The notes beneath the pieces are model-generated. The model ran no database searches, was not told the origin of the DNA, and worked only from the letters and a program-made list of their open reading frames with translations. Positions 47,418 to 56,656 of a DNA stretch of 64,000 nt are shown here, one piece after another (the stretch's first letter is position 1; every line of letters begins with the position of its first letter). The stretch covers positions 23,709-87,708 of IMG/VR virus record IMGVR_UViG_3300024231_000003, one strand, 5' to 3'. The position numbers and the translations under genes are program-made. Source of the stretch: a virus.

Positions 47418-47744
47418 ATGACACACGCAGAATATACACGTAAACTACAAGTTGGTATTTTTGAGGTCAGCTTTACAAAAATTAATGGTGAAAAGAGAAC
47501 AATGACATGTACACTTAGTGAGCATATTTTGCCTAAAGCAACAAAAGAAGATCCACTATCTCAAAAGAAAGTACGTGCAATCAATGAAGAAGTTGTAAGC
47601 ACATGGGACGTAAATGCAAACGGATGGCGTGCGTTTCGTGTAGAAAATGTAACTGAATTTAAACGTATTGGCGGCGCCTGTTGGTGCGGACGCACTGGTA
47701 GCGAAATTAAAAAGTGCGATGGCACACACAATACGCCTGCATAA
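47418..47744 (+). CDS. WYL_2/SH3-like domain fused to a CDGSH Fe-S motif
   Basis: FTKINGEKRTMTCTL..WDVNANGWRAFR plus CWCGRT..CDGTH; GGAGG RBS. Confidence 0.75.
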   Translation: MTHAEYTRKLQVGIFEVSFTKINGEKRTMTCTLSEHILPKATKEDPLSQKKVRAINEEVVSTWDVNANGWRAFRVENVTEFKRIGGACWCGRTGSEIKKCDGTHNTPA

Positions 47745-48187
47745 TGTATACAACTAGAGAACTCATATCTGAAAAGTTTTGGATTGTGGATAGTAAACAC
47801 GGAAAAGTAGGTACTATTCGTAAGACAGGAGACAGTTATGAGTTTTTTGATCAGACAAATAATACCACAAAGATGCTTGAGTCATTAGATGACTTTTCCA
47901 AAGTAGACCGTGTAGCTGAAATGGATACTGTATCTAAAAGTTGTAATGGTTTTCCTACTAACAGTTCTATAGTAATTGTTGGAGAACACGAAACACTACC
48001 AGTTTTTTACAAAAAGAAAACAAGCCGCACATTGCATGGTGCAGGATACTATATTATTAAATTTGAAAAATGGTTACCTAGTTTTTGTCCAAAGCTAAAT
48101 ACATTAGAAAAATACACATATCAAGGACCATTCCTGACTGAATGGGATATGAATTTAACTCTCAAGAAAGCTAAAAAAGAATCATGA
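47744..48187 (+). CDS. Hypothetical phage protein
   Basis: KFWIV, AGYY, SFCPKLNTL..YQGPF. Confidence 0.65.
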   Translation: MYTTRELISEKFWIVDSKHGKVGTIRKTGDSYEFFDQTNNTTKMLESLDDFSKVDRVAEMDTVSKSCNGFPTNSSIVIVGEHETLPVFYKKKTSRTLHGAGYYIIKFEKWLPSFCPKLNTLEKYTYQGPFLTEWDMNLTLKKAKKES

Positions 48188-48525
48188 AAAATATTATAGC
48201 GGCTATATTCCTATGCCTAATAGGTACTAATGCCCACACTCAAACACTCGCACAAACTACTCCAGAAAGTACAACGCCAAGACTACAGCCTATACAAGTA
48301 GGCATACTTTGTGGTGATCTAGACTTTATAAGAACTGGATTAGAAGAAATAGGACAAACAGTCTTTATAAGTGGTAACGAAACAGAACAAAATAAAACAC
48401 CATTTGATTTTACTGCAATTACACTAAATCCTGAAACTGACGAATTTACATTCTTGCTAATTTCATCAGAAAATAGACTGGCATGCATTTTACATCAAGG
48501 TACAAACTTTAAAATAATGCCATAA
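48184..48525 (+). CDS. Hypothetical exported protein
   Basis: Signal peptide; ACILHQG. Confidence 0.6.
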   Translation: MKNIIAAIFLCLIGTNAHTQTLAQTTPESTTPRLQPIQVGILCGDLDFIRTGLEEIGQTVFISGNETEQNKTPFDFTAITLNPETDEFTFLLISSENRLACILHQGTNFKIMP

Positions 48526-48653
48526 TTATATACGGTTTTCTAGTATATTAACTGCTTTATATCTTAAAAAACGCATAAATACATGTAACAAGAGATAAGA
48601 ACTTATCTCATTTAAAAGATATGAATGTATCACAAAGATGGAGCAGTTATTGG

Positions 48654-48950
48654 ATGGCAAGACCTAAACCAAATATATTACTTGAGTACGTAGATAAGAA
48701 TTATAACAGTGAACAAATCCTAGAAGCATCAGCAATCTTTGCGGTATATTATCAAGGTAAACCAATTAATTTAAGAACATTAAACACATTAGTAAACTAC
48801 CCTGGACCAAAGTATAAAAAGATAGGTTTTTCAAATAGCGGTCATGCATTTAATCTTGCAGACAGACTAAACAAACAGTTTAATACAGACGATTTTGATG
48901 TTAGAAGACTTTACGAGGGAGAAATAATTACCCGTGGATCAAACCCATAA
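48654..48950 (+). CDS. Hypothetical phage protein
   Basis: MARPKPNILLE..PGPKYKK..HAFNLA. Confidence 0.65.
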   Translation: MARPKPNILLEYVDKNYNSEQILEASAIFAVYYQGKPINLRTLNTLVNYPGPKYKKIGFSNSGHAFNLADRLNKQFNTDDFDVRRLYEGEIITRGSNP

Positions 48951-49239
48951 AGATAGGTTGTTATCAACTTTGGACAATGTGTCAACAGACATTAAAGTAT
49001 TCCAGAGTAAAAACTCATTACGCCTAACTGCTTATGGATGTAAACTATTTAAACGTAACTTTGATCATTGGATATTTGAATCTCCAAAAATAATAACATC
49101 TGGACAGATTATACATTTACAAAGAACAGTAACTTATCCGTATTATTTTGATAAACGCAAAATAATATTATTTAACGAAAAGGATGCATTTATAGCAAAA
49201 CTAGGTGGTATTGACCAATGGTTAGTTATTAGCAAATAA
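48934..49239 (+). CDS. Hypothetical protein
   Basis: LRLTAYG..YPYY; operonic. Confidence 0.6.
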   Translation: MDQTHKDRLLSTLDNVSTDIKVFQSKNSLRLTAYGCKLFKRNFDHWIFESPKIITSGQIIHLQRTVTYPYYFDKRKIILFNEKDAFIAKLGGIDQWLVISK

Positions 49240-49242
49240 GAC

Positions 49243-49446
49243 ATGGCAAAATTTGATTACCAACCTGATGAAGAAGTAAAAGTAGTTTGTACTGACACTG
49301 ACCGTGAAAGTATGGGAATTATCATATCAACATCTCATGATAGAATAACAGTATTACTTGACGGAGGAATAACACTATCATTCCATAAAAAAGGTAAAGT
49401 ATATGTGGCTAATATGAGTGGATTAGAATTCGTAGTAACATTATGA
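49243..49446 (+). CDS. Hypothetical protein
   Basis: Operonic 67 aa ORF. Confidence 0.55.
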   Translation: MAKFDYQPDEEVKVVCTDTDRESMGIIISTSHDRITVLLDGGITLSFHKKGKVYVANMSGLEFVVTL

Positions 49447-49745
49447 GGTTAGACTTACATGGATATACAGTACATAATGCATGGATTGTATTTAAAGATC
49501 ATATAACAAACTGTTATTTGGATGGGCACAAGACCACTGTAGTTATTACAGGATATGGAAAAATGGCTAATGAAATTGAAACCTGGTGCAGTTATCAAGA
49601 TCATATATTATCATGCGAACGATTAGATCCAAATCAAGGTGCCTTCCGTATCAAAATAAAGAAAAAACCAGTAAGCAAAAATATACAACCTGCAACTAAT
49701 ATATCTAATAGTTTATCTGCATTACAGAAAAAATTCCAAAAATAA
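49443..49745 (+). CDS. Stand-alone Smr domain protein
   Basis: LDLHG..VITGYG..NQGA. Confidence 0.8.
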   Translation: MRLDLHGYTVHNAWIVFKDHITNCYLDGHKTTVVITGYGKMANEIETWCSYQDHILSCERLDPNQGAFRIKIKKKPVSKNIQPATNISNSLSALQKKFQK

Positions 49746-49860
49746 TTCTTAACCCATTGAAAAACAACAAAACCTTTTTTTATTTTTGTTCTGTTTTTTA
49801 TTGACTATATGATCTAGAACTGCTAGAACATGTATATTAGTTAAAACAAAGGAATACAAA

Positions 49861-50145
49861 ATGACAAATGTAAATACAGCAATTAACGCAATCCAAAACA
49901 GTGACCGTGATGAACTAAATCAAATCATTGCAGCAGTTAAATTGCGTCAAACATTCCTTGCTCGTCAAGCATCACGTTCGTTTATGGTAGGTGACATTGT
50001 ATCATTTACAGGACGCCGCAATGCTACAGTAACAGGCCGTGTTACTAAAGTTAACCAAAAGACAGTTGTTGTACTTGATAACAATTCTAGAACACAGTGG
50101 AAAGTTACAGCATCAATGTTAACACCATTAAGCATAGGAGCATAA
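49861..50145 (+). CDS. Hypothetical protein (SH3/KOW-like)
   Basis: AAGGA RBS; VGDIVSF..GRVTKVNQKT; TTGACT promoter at 49801. Confidence 0.65.
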   Translation: MTNVNTAINAIQNSDRDELNQIIAAVKLRQTFLARQASRSFMVGDIVSFTGRRNATVTGRVTKVNQKTVVVLDNNSRTQWKVTASMLTPLSIGA

Positions 50146-50150
50146 AAAGG

Positions 50151-50179
50151 TTGACAATAGTTGTCAAATCGCTTAAACT
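50151..50179 (+). promoter_or_regulatory. Sigma70-type promoter with overlapping inverted repeat
   Basis: TTGACA-17bp-TAAACT; TTGACAA-TAG-TTGTCAA. Confidence 0.65.
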
Positions 50180-50209
50180 AATTAAAGTAGCTAATTGAAG
50201 GAATATAAT

Positions 50210-51316
50210 ATGTCTATATCAGAATCAAGAACTGTTAAAATGAGTGAAGCAGGAATACTTATTACTAGAGCGTTTAAAAAGAAACGTCCTGTATTTTTAT
50301 GGGGACCTCCTGGTATTGGTAAGTCAGAGCTAGTACAAGGTATTGGTGATTCAGGAACTCTTGGAACTACTAAAGTAATTGACATGCGTCTTGCATTATT
50401 TGAGCCTACAGACTTGCGTGGGTATCCTGTACCAAATGTAGAAACAGGTGTTATGCAATGGTTACCACCATCAGACCTTCCTAGTGCAGAATTAGCTGCA
50501 CAATACGATACAGTTATTTTATTTTTAGACGAAATGAACTCAGCGGCACCTAGTGTACAAGCTGCAGGTTATCAGCTTATTCTAAACCGCCGCATCGGAC
50601 AATATGTATTGCCAGACAATGTGGTAATTATCGCGGCAGGTAATCGTGAGACAGATAAAGGTGTTACGTACCGTATGCCTAAGCCACTTGAGAATCGTTT
50701 TGTACACTTTGAATTACGTGTAGATTTCCAAGATTGGTTAAACTGGGCTGTTAACCACGACATAGATGCAGATGTTGTAGGTTACATATCATTTGCCAAA
50801 GGTGATCTTTATAACTTCGATCCTATGTCTAGCTCACGTGGTTTTGCTACTCCTCGTTCATGGACATTTGTTAGTGAAATGCTAGAAGATGGAGATGACT
50901 TGACTACAGGTTTGCAAACTGATTTAGTTGCAGGATGTATTGGTGAAGGTACTGCAATTAAATTTATGTCACATCGTGAAATTAGTGGATCTTTACCAGT
51001 ACCAGAAGATGTACTTGATGGCAAAGTTAAGAGCATTGAAACTACTGAAGTTAGTGCAATGTATGCAATGGCTACTAGCTTGTGCTATGAGCTCCGTGAC
51101 CGTAATATTAATGGTGAGAAGTCAGGCAAGATGGATAACTTCCACAAAAGCTTTAGTAACTTTGTTGGTTTTATGATGGATAACTTCGAAACTGAAATGG
51201 TTATTATGGCTAGCCGTATTGCAATGCAACAATACAAGTTGATGCCAAAGCAAGATAAAATTGAACGATTTGAGGAGTTTTTTGATCGTTATGGTCGACT
51301 CGTACTTGACGCCTAA
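50210..51316 (+). CDS. MoxR-like AAA+ ATPase
   Basis: WGPPGIGKS, LFLDE, AAGNR, NRF, TPRSW. Confidence 0.9.
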   Translation: MSISESRTVKMSEAGILITRAFKKKRPVFLWGPPGIGKSELVQGIGDSGTLGTTKVIDMRLALFEPTDLRGYPVPNVETGVMQWLPPSDLPSAELAAQYDTVILFLDEMNSAAPSVQAAGYQLILNRRIGQYVLPDNVVIIAAGNRETDKGVTYRMPKPLENRFVHFELRVDFQDWLNWAVNHDIDADVVGYISFAKGDLYNFDPMSSSRGFATPRSWTFVSEMLEDGDDLTTGLQTDLVAGCIGEGTAIKFMSHREISGSLPVPEDVLDGKVKSIETTEVSAMYAMATSLCYELRDRNINGEKSGKMDNFHKSFSNFVGFMMDNFETEMVIMASRIAMQQYKLMPKQDKIERFEEFFDRYGRLVLDA

Positions 51317-51635
51317 ATTAAAAGAAGGGGAGAGTGTTAATCTCTCCCTTTACTCACCAAGAGAACGAACTAATATTAGACTGTATGGACTAGCGTGTAA
51401 GGATTGGGATATGCACGATGCAGTTAATTATAGAAGGAGTTGGGCAAAAAAAGCTACTGTAGTTAGAATTCGTGGCCAACTAGATACTGCAAAAAAGTGG
51501 TGTAGAACAAATTGTTTTCATCAAGACTTTGAAATACATAAACACCCAGGTGGTGATCCAACTTGTAACATGATAGCTTTTAAAAATCCACAAGAAGCAA
51601 TGTTATTTAAGCTTTCACATAAATTTATAGGTTGA
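51261..51635 (+). CDS. Hypothetical protein (start uncertain)
   Basis: KKWC..FKNPQEAMLFKL pattern. Confidence 0.5.
   Translation: MNDLRSFLIVMVDSYLTPKLKEGESVNLSLYSPRERTNIRLYGLACKDWDMHDAVNYRRSWAKKATVVRIRGQLDTAKKWCRTNCFHQDFEIHKHPGGDPTCNMIAFKNPQEAMLFKLSHKFIG
51323..51351 (+). terminator. Hairpin after AAA ATPase (probable terminator)
   Basis: GGGAGAG-TGTTAAT-CTCTCCC followed by TTT. Confidence 0.5.
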
Positions 51636-51660
51636 CATACTGTTTTAACGATGCTATAAT
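51632..51660 (+). promoter_or_regulatory. Consensus sigma70 promoter
   Basis: TTGACA-17bp-TATAAT. Confidence 0.85.
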
Positions 51661-51692
51661 GATATACATAAACTAATTAGAGGACGATTGCC

Positions 51693-52871
51693 ATGAATAA
51701 AACTGCAGAAGAACGCATTACTCAATCACGTGTAAGACTACTTTTGACTAAGCCTTGGTTTGGACAGTTAGCTATTCGTCTAAAAATAGTAGATTCCTCA
51801 GAGTGGATACCTACAGCCGCAACAGATGGCCGTCAATTATTATTTAATCGTAAATTTGTAGATAGTTTGGATGATCCAGAACTTGACTTTTTAGTAGGAC
51901 ACGAAGTATTGCATTGTGTATTTGATCATATGGAAGCACGTGGTGATCGCGATCATCAGTTGTATAACGCAGCGGCAGACTTTAATATTAATATGACCCT
52001 TATTGAACAAGGTGTTGGTGCTATGATTAGCAGTGATAAATTGGATGGTGGTTCAGCTTGTTTGGATTGGAAATATAAAGGTTGGAATAGTTATGAGATT
52101 TATGACGATCTGGTAAAAAATTCTCCAGAGCAACAAGGCATGGATGTACACTTGGAAGGCGAAGGTGATGGAGAAGGTGACGGCAGTGGTGGTGAATCCA
52201 AAGGTAATGCCACACCTATGTCAGCAGAAGAACGCAAGACACTTGCTGATGAGATTAAACAGGCAGTAATACAAGCAACTCAGGCAGCAGGTGGTGAAGC
52301 ACCAGAAGCTGTTAAGCGTTTGATTACTGAGCTAATTGCACCTAAAATGGATTGGCGTGATGTACTACGTACTCAACTTGAAAGTTCATTAAAAAGTGAC
52401 TTTACATTTATGCGCCCTAGTAAACGCAGTGGAGAAGTATTATTTCCAGGCATGAATAAAGATGAAGAGCTAAATATATGTGTGGCACTAGACACAAGTG
52501 GTAGTATTAGCAAGGACATGCTTCGAGACTTCCTTAGTGAAGTACAAGGCATCATGGGCCAATACCAGAGCTACCGTATCCATGTGGTACAGTTTGATAC
52601 AAACGTTTATGGCGCAGAAACTTTTACAAGTGATGATGGCCGTACAATGGCTGAATACGAACTTACTGGAGGCGGTGGCACTGATTTTGAAGTAGTATTC
52701 CGGTATATGGAGGAATACAATATAGAACCTGACCAGTTGGTTATGTTCACTGATGGACAGCCGTGGGGCTCATGGGGTAACCCAGATTATTGCGATACAT
52801 TATTTGTAGTGCATTCAGACCCAAGGCATAGCATTCAGTCACCGTTTGGAGTTACAATTCATTATGATTAG
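51693..52871 (+). CDS. Metallopeptidase-like (HEXXH) plus VWA domain protein (DUF2201-like)
   Basis: TAATDG, HEVLH, DTSGS MIDAS, GGGGTDF, FTDG. Confidence 0.88.
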   Translation: MNKTAEERITQSRVRLLLTKPWFGQLAIRLKIVDSSEWIPTAATDGRQLLFNRKFVDSLDDPELDFLVGHEVLHCVFDHMEARGDRDHQLYNAAADFNINMTLIEQGVGAMISSDKLDGGSACLDWKYKGWNSYEIYDDLVKNSPEQQGMDVHLEGEGDGEGDGSGGESKGNATPMSAEERKTLADEIKQAVIQATQAAGGEAPEAVKRLITELIAPKMDWRDVLRTQLESSLKSDFTFMRPSKRSGEVLFPGMNKDEELNICVALDTSGSISKDMLRDFLSEVQGIMGQYQSYRIHVVQFDTNVYGAETFTSDDGRTMAEYELTGGGGTDFEVVFRYMEEYNIEPDQLVMFTDGQPWGSWGNPDYCDTLFVVHSDPRHSIQSPFGVTIHYD

Positions 52872-53157
52872 ATTACTAAGCAACGGTGGCAGTTTGAGCG
52901 AATCAGACCTATCGCTTTTAAGCGGAACAACTATTTTACTTAGTATGATGAGAAATAGAGTTGTCATACTAAAGACTAAGAAGACAAAAATTGAGTGGGA
53001 AGAACTAACAAAGAATGTTAAAGGACTTTATCACGTTAGATCAGTTGACAAGGACAATACTGTATATCAAGTATGGTTTGAACTAGAAGATGATTTAAAA
53101 CAATTTGAAAAAGATGTACTCATGTCGAAACTATCAGATGATGGATTTGGCAAATGA
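52846..53157 (+). CDS. Hypothetical protein
   Basis: Operonic ORF; likely ATG 52864. Confidence 0.55.
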   Translation: MELQFIMIRLLSNGGSLSESDLSLLSGTTILLSMMRNRVVILKTKKTKIEWEELTKNVKGLYHVRSVDKDNTVYQVWFELEDDLKQFEKDVLMSKLSDDGFGK

Positions 53158-53402
53158 ATAACATAATTACTCAGAAGGAGAAAAACATGAGTGAACAAGA
53201 AGTAAACGGTATCGCTATCGCTGACTTAGTACTAGCTGCTAATATTATTGACTTAGCCGTACAGCGCGGTGCATTTAAAGCCGCTGAAGCAACACAGGTT
53301 GGCGATTGTTTCGCTAAAATTGTACAATTTGTAAAAGCAAATACACCTGATGTAGATGAAGCTGCAGATGCAAATGCACCTGAAACAGAAGTAGGAGGCT
53401 AA
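53154..53402 (+). CDS. Hypothetical protein
   Basis: IIDLAVQRGAFKAAE; AAGGAG before internal ATG. Confidence 0.65.
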   Translation: MNNIITQKEKNMSEQEVNGIAIADLVLAANIIDLAVQRGAFKAAEATQVGDCFAKIVQFVKANTPDVDEAADANAPETEVGG

Positions 53403-53403
53403 A

Positions 53404-54054
53404 ATGGCAATGAACACAAAGCACGTAGGACAATTAATTAATACACAAAAACGTATCGTAGTTGTATTCAGAGAATTACCTGATGATCCAACACAATGCT
53501 TGGTAGTAGATACAGACAGTCTACCAGATTGGATGCATGATAATCTTATTGATGCAGTAGAATCTCCAGGCGCACAGAACAGTGCAAACTTTTATGAATA
53601 TGCAGAACGTACCATATTCTCAGACGGTTCAAATATGTTGCAAACTTTGCACAGTACAAACCGCCTACAAAAGCATGCAACTGACAATGTAGTTATGACA
53701 CCAAATAATAGTGTTAATATTGGACTTACTGAACTAAACGGTATTATTCGTGAGCAAAATGGTGGAGCACCAGTTGTTACACCACCAACTGATCAACTTG
53801 GTATGGCAAACAAAACACCAGATATGGAAATTGTTGAAGATGTAACACCATCAGATGCACCAGATATTACTGATGTAGACCTTGCACAAACTATGATTGC
53901 ACAAGCTGATCAATTTGCACAAGAAGCAGATCGTTTACGTAAAGAAGCATATGAATTGAACCCAGACCTAAAACCAAAGAGAGGACGCAAGTCTAAAGCA
54001 CAAGTTGATGCAGAAGCAGCAGCTAAGGCCGCAGTAGCAAAAGTTACTGCCTAA
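53404..54054 (+). CDS. Hypothetical phage protein
   Basis: KHVG..VVVFRELP; basic C-terminal KPKRGRK. Confidence 0.65.
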   Translation: MAMNTKHVGQLINTQKRIVVVFRELPDDPTQCLVVDTDSLPDWMHDNLIDAVESPGAQNSANFYEYAERTIFSDGSNMLQTLHSTNRLQKHATDNVVMTPNNSVNIGLTELNGIIREQNGGAPVVTPPTDQLGMANKTPDMEIVEDVTPSDAPDITDVDLAQTMIAQADQFAQEADRLRKEAYELNPDLKPKRGRKSKAQVDAEAAAKAAVAKVTA

Positions 54055-54071
54055 TTTTAGGAAAATTTAAA

Positions 54072-54920
54072 ATGACTAATAGAAAAGATGATAATAAAGG
54101 CGCCCAATGGGAAACATCAGACAATACTAAGTTTGAAGTTGTATTGGGCGACTATGGCACAGTGCCAGAAGATATTAACTATTACATGAAAGAAAGTGTA
54201 ATGGCACGTTATCCAGAAGTTACATTATTTGACTTCTTACGTGAGCGACCAGATAAAGAATGGATTAAATTCTGTGAAGAAACTGGTGCTAATTTAACTG
54301 ATGAGCACAATGCCGCAGACTATTACCAAGGAAACTTCAAATCAATTGCTGATAACAAAGATAAATGGATTCAGTGGATGTTGGATAACGAAGATACTTG
54401 CCAGAAGAAGTTTACTGAAAAGCGCCCATATCACGCAGGTGTTAATGAGCTTACACTAAACTTACCAATGAAATGTGGATACAACTATGCAAACAATTGC
54501 GAATACAATTGGGGACTATATGGAGACTCTGCAAACCAAATTAAGCAAATGGTTGGGCAAAAGATGTTTGACGAACTTGGAATGGATATGGAAACATGCC
54601 TACCACGTTTGTTAGCATACATGCCTGGACAAACGCTTCCATGGCACTTTGACTTTATGGGCAATTGGTATCGTATTAACGAACACCTAAACCCTAATGC
54701 AGAAACTCGCCGTTGTGATGGCGGTAAGATTGTTCGTTACTTGGTGTTTATTTCAGATTGGCATTGGGGGCATATGTTACAAATGGCAAATACCTTCTAC
54801 CCAAAATGGCAAAGTGGAGATGTTTATGAATTACCTGAACATGTTTATCATCTAAGCACAAATGCTGGTATGAGTGTTAAATTCTCGTTGAGTTTAACAG
54901 GATATTTACCTGGCACCTAA
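54072..54920 (+). CDS. Fe-dependent oxygenase-like protein (paralogue family A)
   Basis: PWHFD..RYLVFISDWHWGH..WQSGD..YHLSTNAG. Confidence 0.65.
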   Translation: MTNRKDDNKGAQWETSDNTKFEVVLGDYGTVPEDINYYMKESVMARYPEVTLFDFLRERPDKEWIKFCEETGANLTDEHNAADYYQGNFKSIADNKDKWIQWMLDNEDTCQKKFTEKRPYHAGVNELTLNLPMKCGYNYANNCEYNWGLYGDSANQIKQMVGQKMFDELGMDMETCLPRLLAYMPGQTLPWHFDFMGNWYRINEHLNPNAETRRCDGGKIVRYLVFISDWHWGHMLQMANTFYPKWQSGDVYELPEHVYHLSTNAGMSVKFSLSLTGYLPGT

Positions 54921-54935
54921 GAAGAAAGTACTAAA

Positions 54936-55226
54936 ATGCCTATTGAGCGTAAAGACAGATCATTTGATCTAATATTTGACCAAGTCAGTATGGATGTTAT
55001 GCCAGCTGAATATATTATTGAAATCTATCTTAGTCTAATTGATGGTTCAAAATTAACGATAACTCGTGATGAACTATCAATGATAGAAGGCGGTAGCAGC
55101 AACGTTATGTCTGCAATTGCTAGAGAAGACTTAATGGATGTTCAAGTTAAATTAGATTACGAAGCTATTAAGCGAGACGTAGTAACTGGTGTAGGCGACT
55201 ACCTTGGTAAATATTTCAACAACTAG
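54936..55226 (+). CDS. Hypothetical protein
   Basis: 96 aa ORF. Confidence 0.55.
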   Translation: MPIERKDRSFDLIFDQVSMDVMPAEYIIEIYLSLIDGSKLTITRDELSMIEGGSSNVMSAIAREDLMDVQVKLDYEAIKRDVVTGVGDYLGKYFNN

Positions 55227-55240
55227 GCAAGTTGTTAATA

Positions 55241-55271
55241 AAAAGAGCATAGCTAACTACTATGCTCTTTT
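55241..55271 (+). terminator. Intrinsic terminator
   Basis: AAAAGAGCATAG-CTAACTA-CTATGCTCTTTT. Confidence 0.8.
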
Positions 55272-55289
55272 AGTATATGGAAATTAAAA

Positions 55290-55940
55290 ATGAAAAATAT
55301 ATGGTTTTGTGGCGTTCCTGGTAGTAAGTGGAGTGGAATTGATATCCAACTACGTAAAGTAGTAGGAGCAGATACTACAGACGAAACACCTGATAGAACT
55401 CAATATCACAGACCTAGAAACCCATCAGACACAAACAATGGACACCGTGGTAGCTATTGGGGACCTGGTATGGGCTGTGGCGAAGACTGGACGGACTTTA
55501 ACTATGTTGAACCTCACAAATTACAAGACGATATTAATAATGTATTCTCTGGCACTGGTCCACGAGTAATTAAAAGTCATTTCTTTGCAAGACATTTTAA
55601 TTTAGACTATTTGTATAATCACTTTCCAGGTGATGATATTGTACTGTGTTATAGAGAAAATCAAAAGAGCTTTGCATGGTGGAGTGAAGTAATGGACTTT
55701 AGTGATGGGCATTACCCAGACTATCGCCCAGGATACACAGACTATAATAATATGCGTCAACATATTTGGAACGAAAATGCAAAGATAACAGACTTTGCAA
55801 TGCGTAAAGATATGAAATGGCAATGTTATAGTCCAGAGTTTTCATTTGCTGAGCTAACAGGTTTCAATCCACAGACAGCTAAATACATGGAAGATAGATG
55901 GGACGATGTATACATCGCAACCTGCAAAATTCCGGAGTAA
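55290..55940 (+). CDS. Sulfotransferase-like/P-loop hypothetical protein
   Basis: FCGVPGSKWSG, VIKSH, LCYR..SFAWW. Confidence 0.55.
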   Translation: MKNIWFCGVPGSKWSGIDIQLRKVVGADTTDETPDRTQYHRPRNPSDTNNGHRGSYWGPGMGCGEDWTDFNYVEPHKLQDDINNVFSGTGPRVIKSHFFARHFNLDYLYNHFPGDDIVLCYRENQKSFAWWSEVMDFSDGHYPDYRPGYTDYNNMRQHIWNENAKITDFAMRKDMKWQCYSPEFSFAELTGFNPQTAKYMEDRWDDVYIATCKIPE

Positions 55941-55943
55941 TAA

Positions 55944-56648
55944 ATGCCCTCACCTTTTAAGCAACCTTGGCACTTTGACAATAATCGTCAAGACAGTGAA
56001 GGTGAATATTCTAAAATTTTTGGAGTATTTACAGGTGATTGGACTAAAGACATTTTAGAAGCTCGTGCTATTGGTGTAAACAAGCAACTATATAATGAAC
56101 AGCGATATGAACATGCTGCAAATAACAAAAGCGAAAATCATATAGAAGAAGATAAAGAAAACCCAGATGGTAAACCATCATCTGTAATGTTTCGCAAAAT
56201 AAATTTTGATAAATATCCAGAACAGTGTAGTACCTTTAACCGTATTACTTCGTTTTTACAATTTAATACAGCAGAAAAACTAACACAAAAATTTAACGAT
56301 CAATATCCAAATGATCAACTCATGTGGCACATTGATAACTTACCAGGCAATCCACGCAAGGAACGAGTTATTGATAATCCAGAGTTTCAATACCAACATT
56401 CAAATAAAATTAGAATTTTAATTATGTTAGAAGATTGGGAACCAGGACAGTTGCTACAATTTGGAAACCGCATGTATACCCAATGGAAAGCCGGAACAGC
56501 TATTACATGGGAATGGAGTACATTGCCACATGCTACCTGGAATGGTAGTTGGAAAAAAAGACCCGCACTCCAACTAACAGGAAGTGCTAGTGATGCAACA
56601 TGGGACATTATTAATAATGGCTCTGCAGAAACTATTTACAATATTTAG
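55944..56648 (+). CDS. Fe-dependent oxygenase-like protein (paralogue family A)
   Basis: WHID..RILIMLEDWEPGQ..WKAGT..PHATWNGS. Confidence 0.65.
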   Translation: MPSPFKQPWHFDNNRQDSEGEYSKIFGVFTGDWTKDILEARAIGVNKQLYNEQRYEHAANNKSENHIEEDKENPDGKPSSVMFRKINFDKYPEQCSTFNRITSFLQFNTAEKLTQKFNDQYPNDQLMWHIDNLPGNPRKERVIDNPEFQYQHSNKIRILIMLEDWEPGQLLQFGNRMYTQWKAGTAITWEWSTLPHATWNGSWKKRPALQLTGSASDATWDIINNGSAETIYNI

Positions 56649-56656
56649 GAATTACA

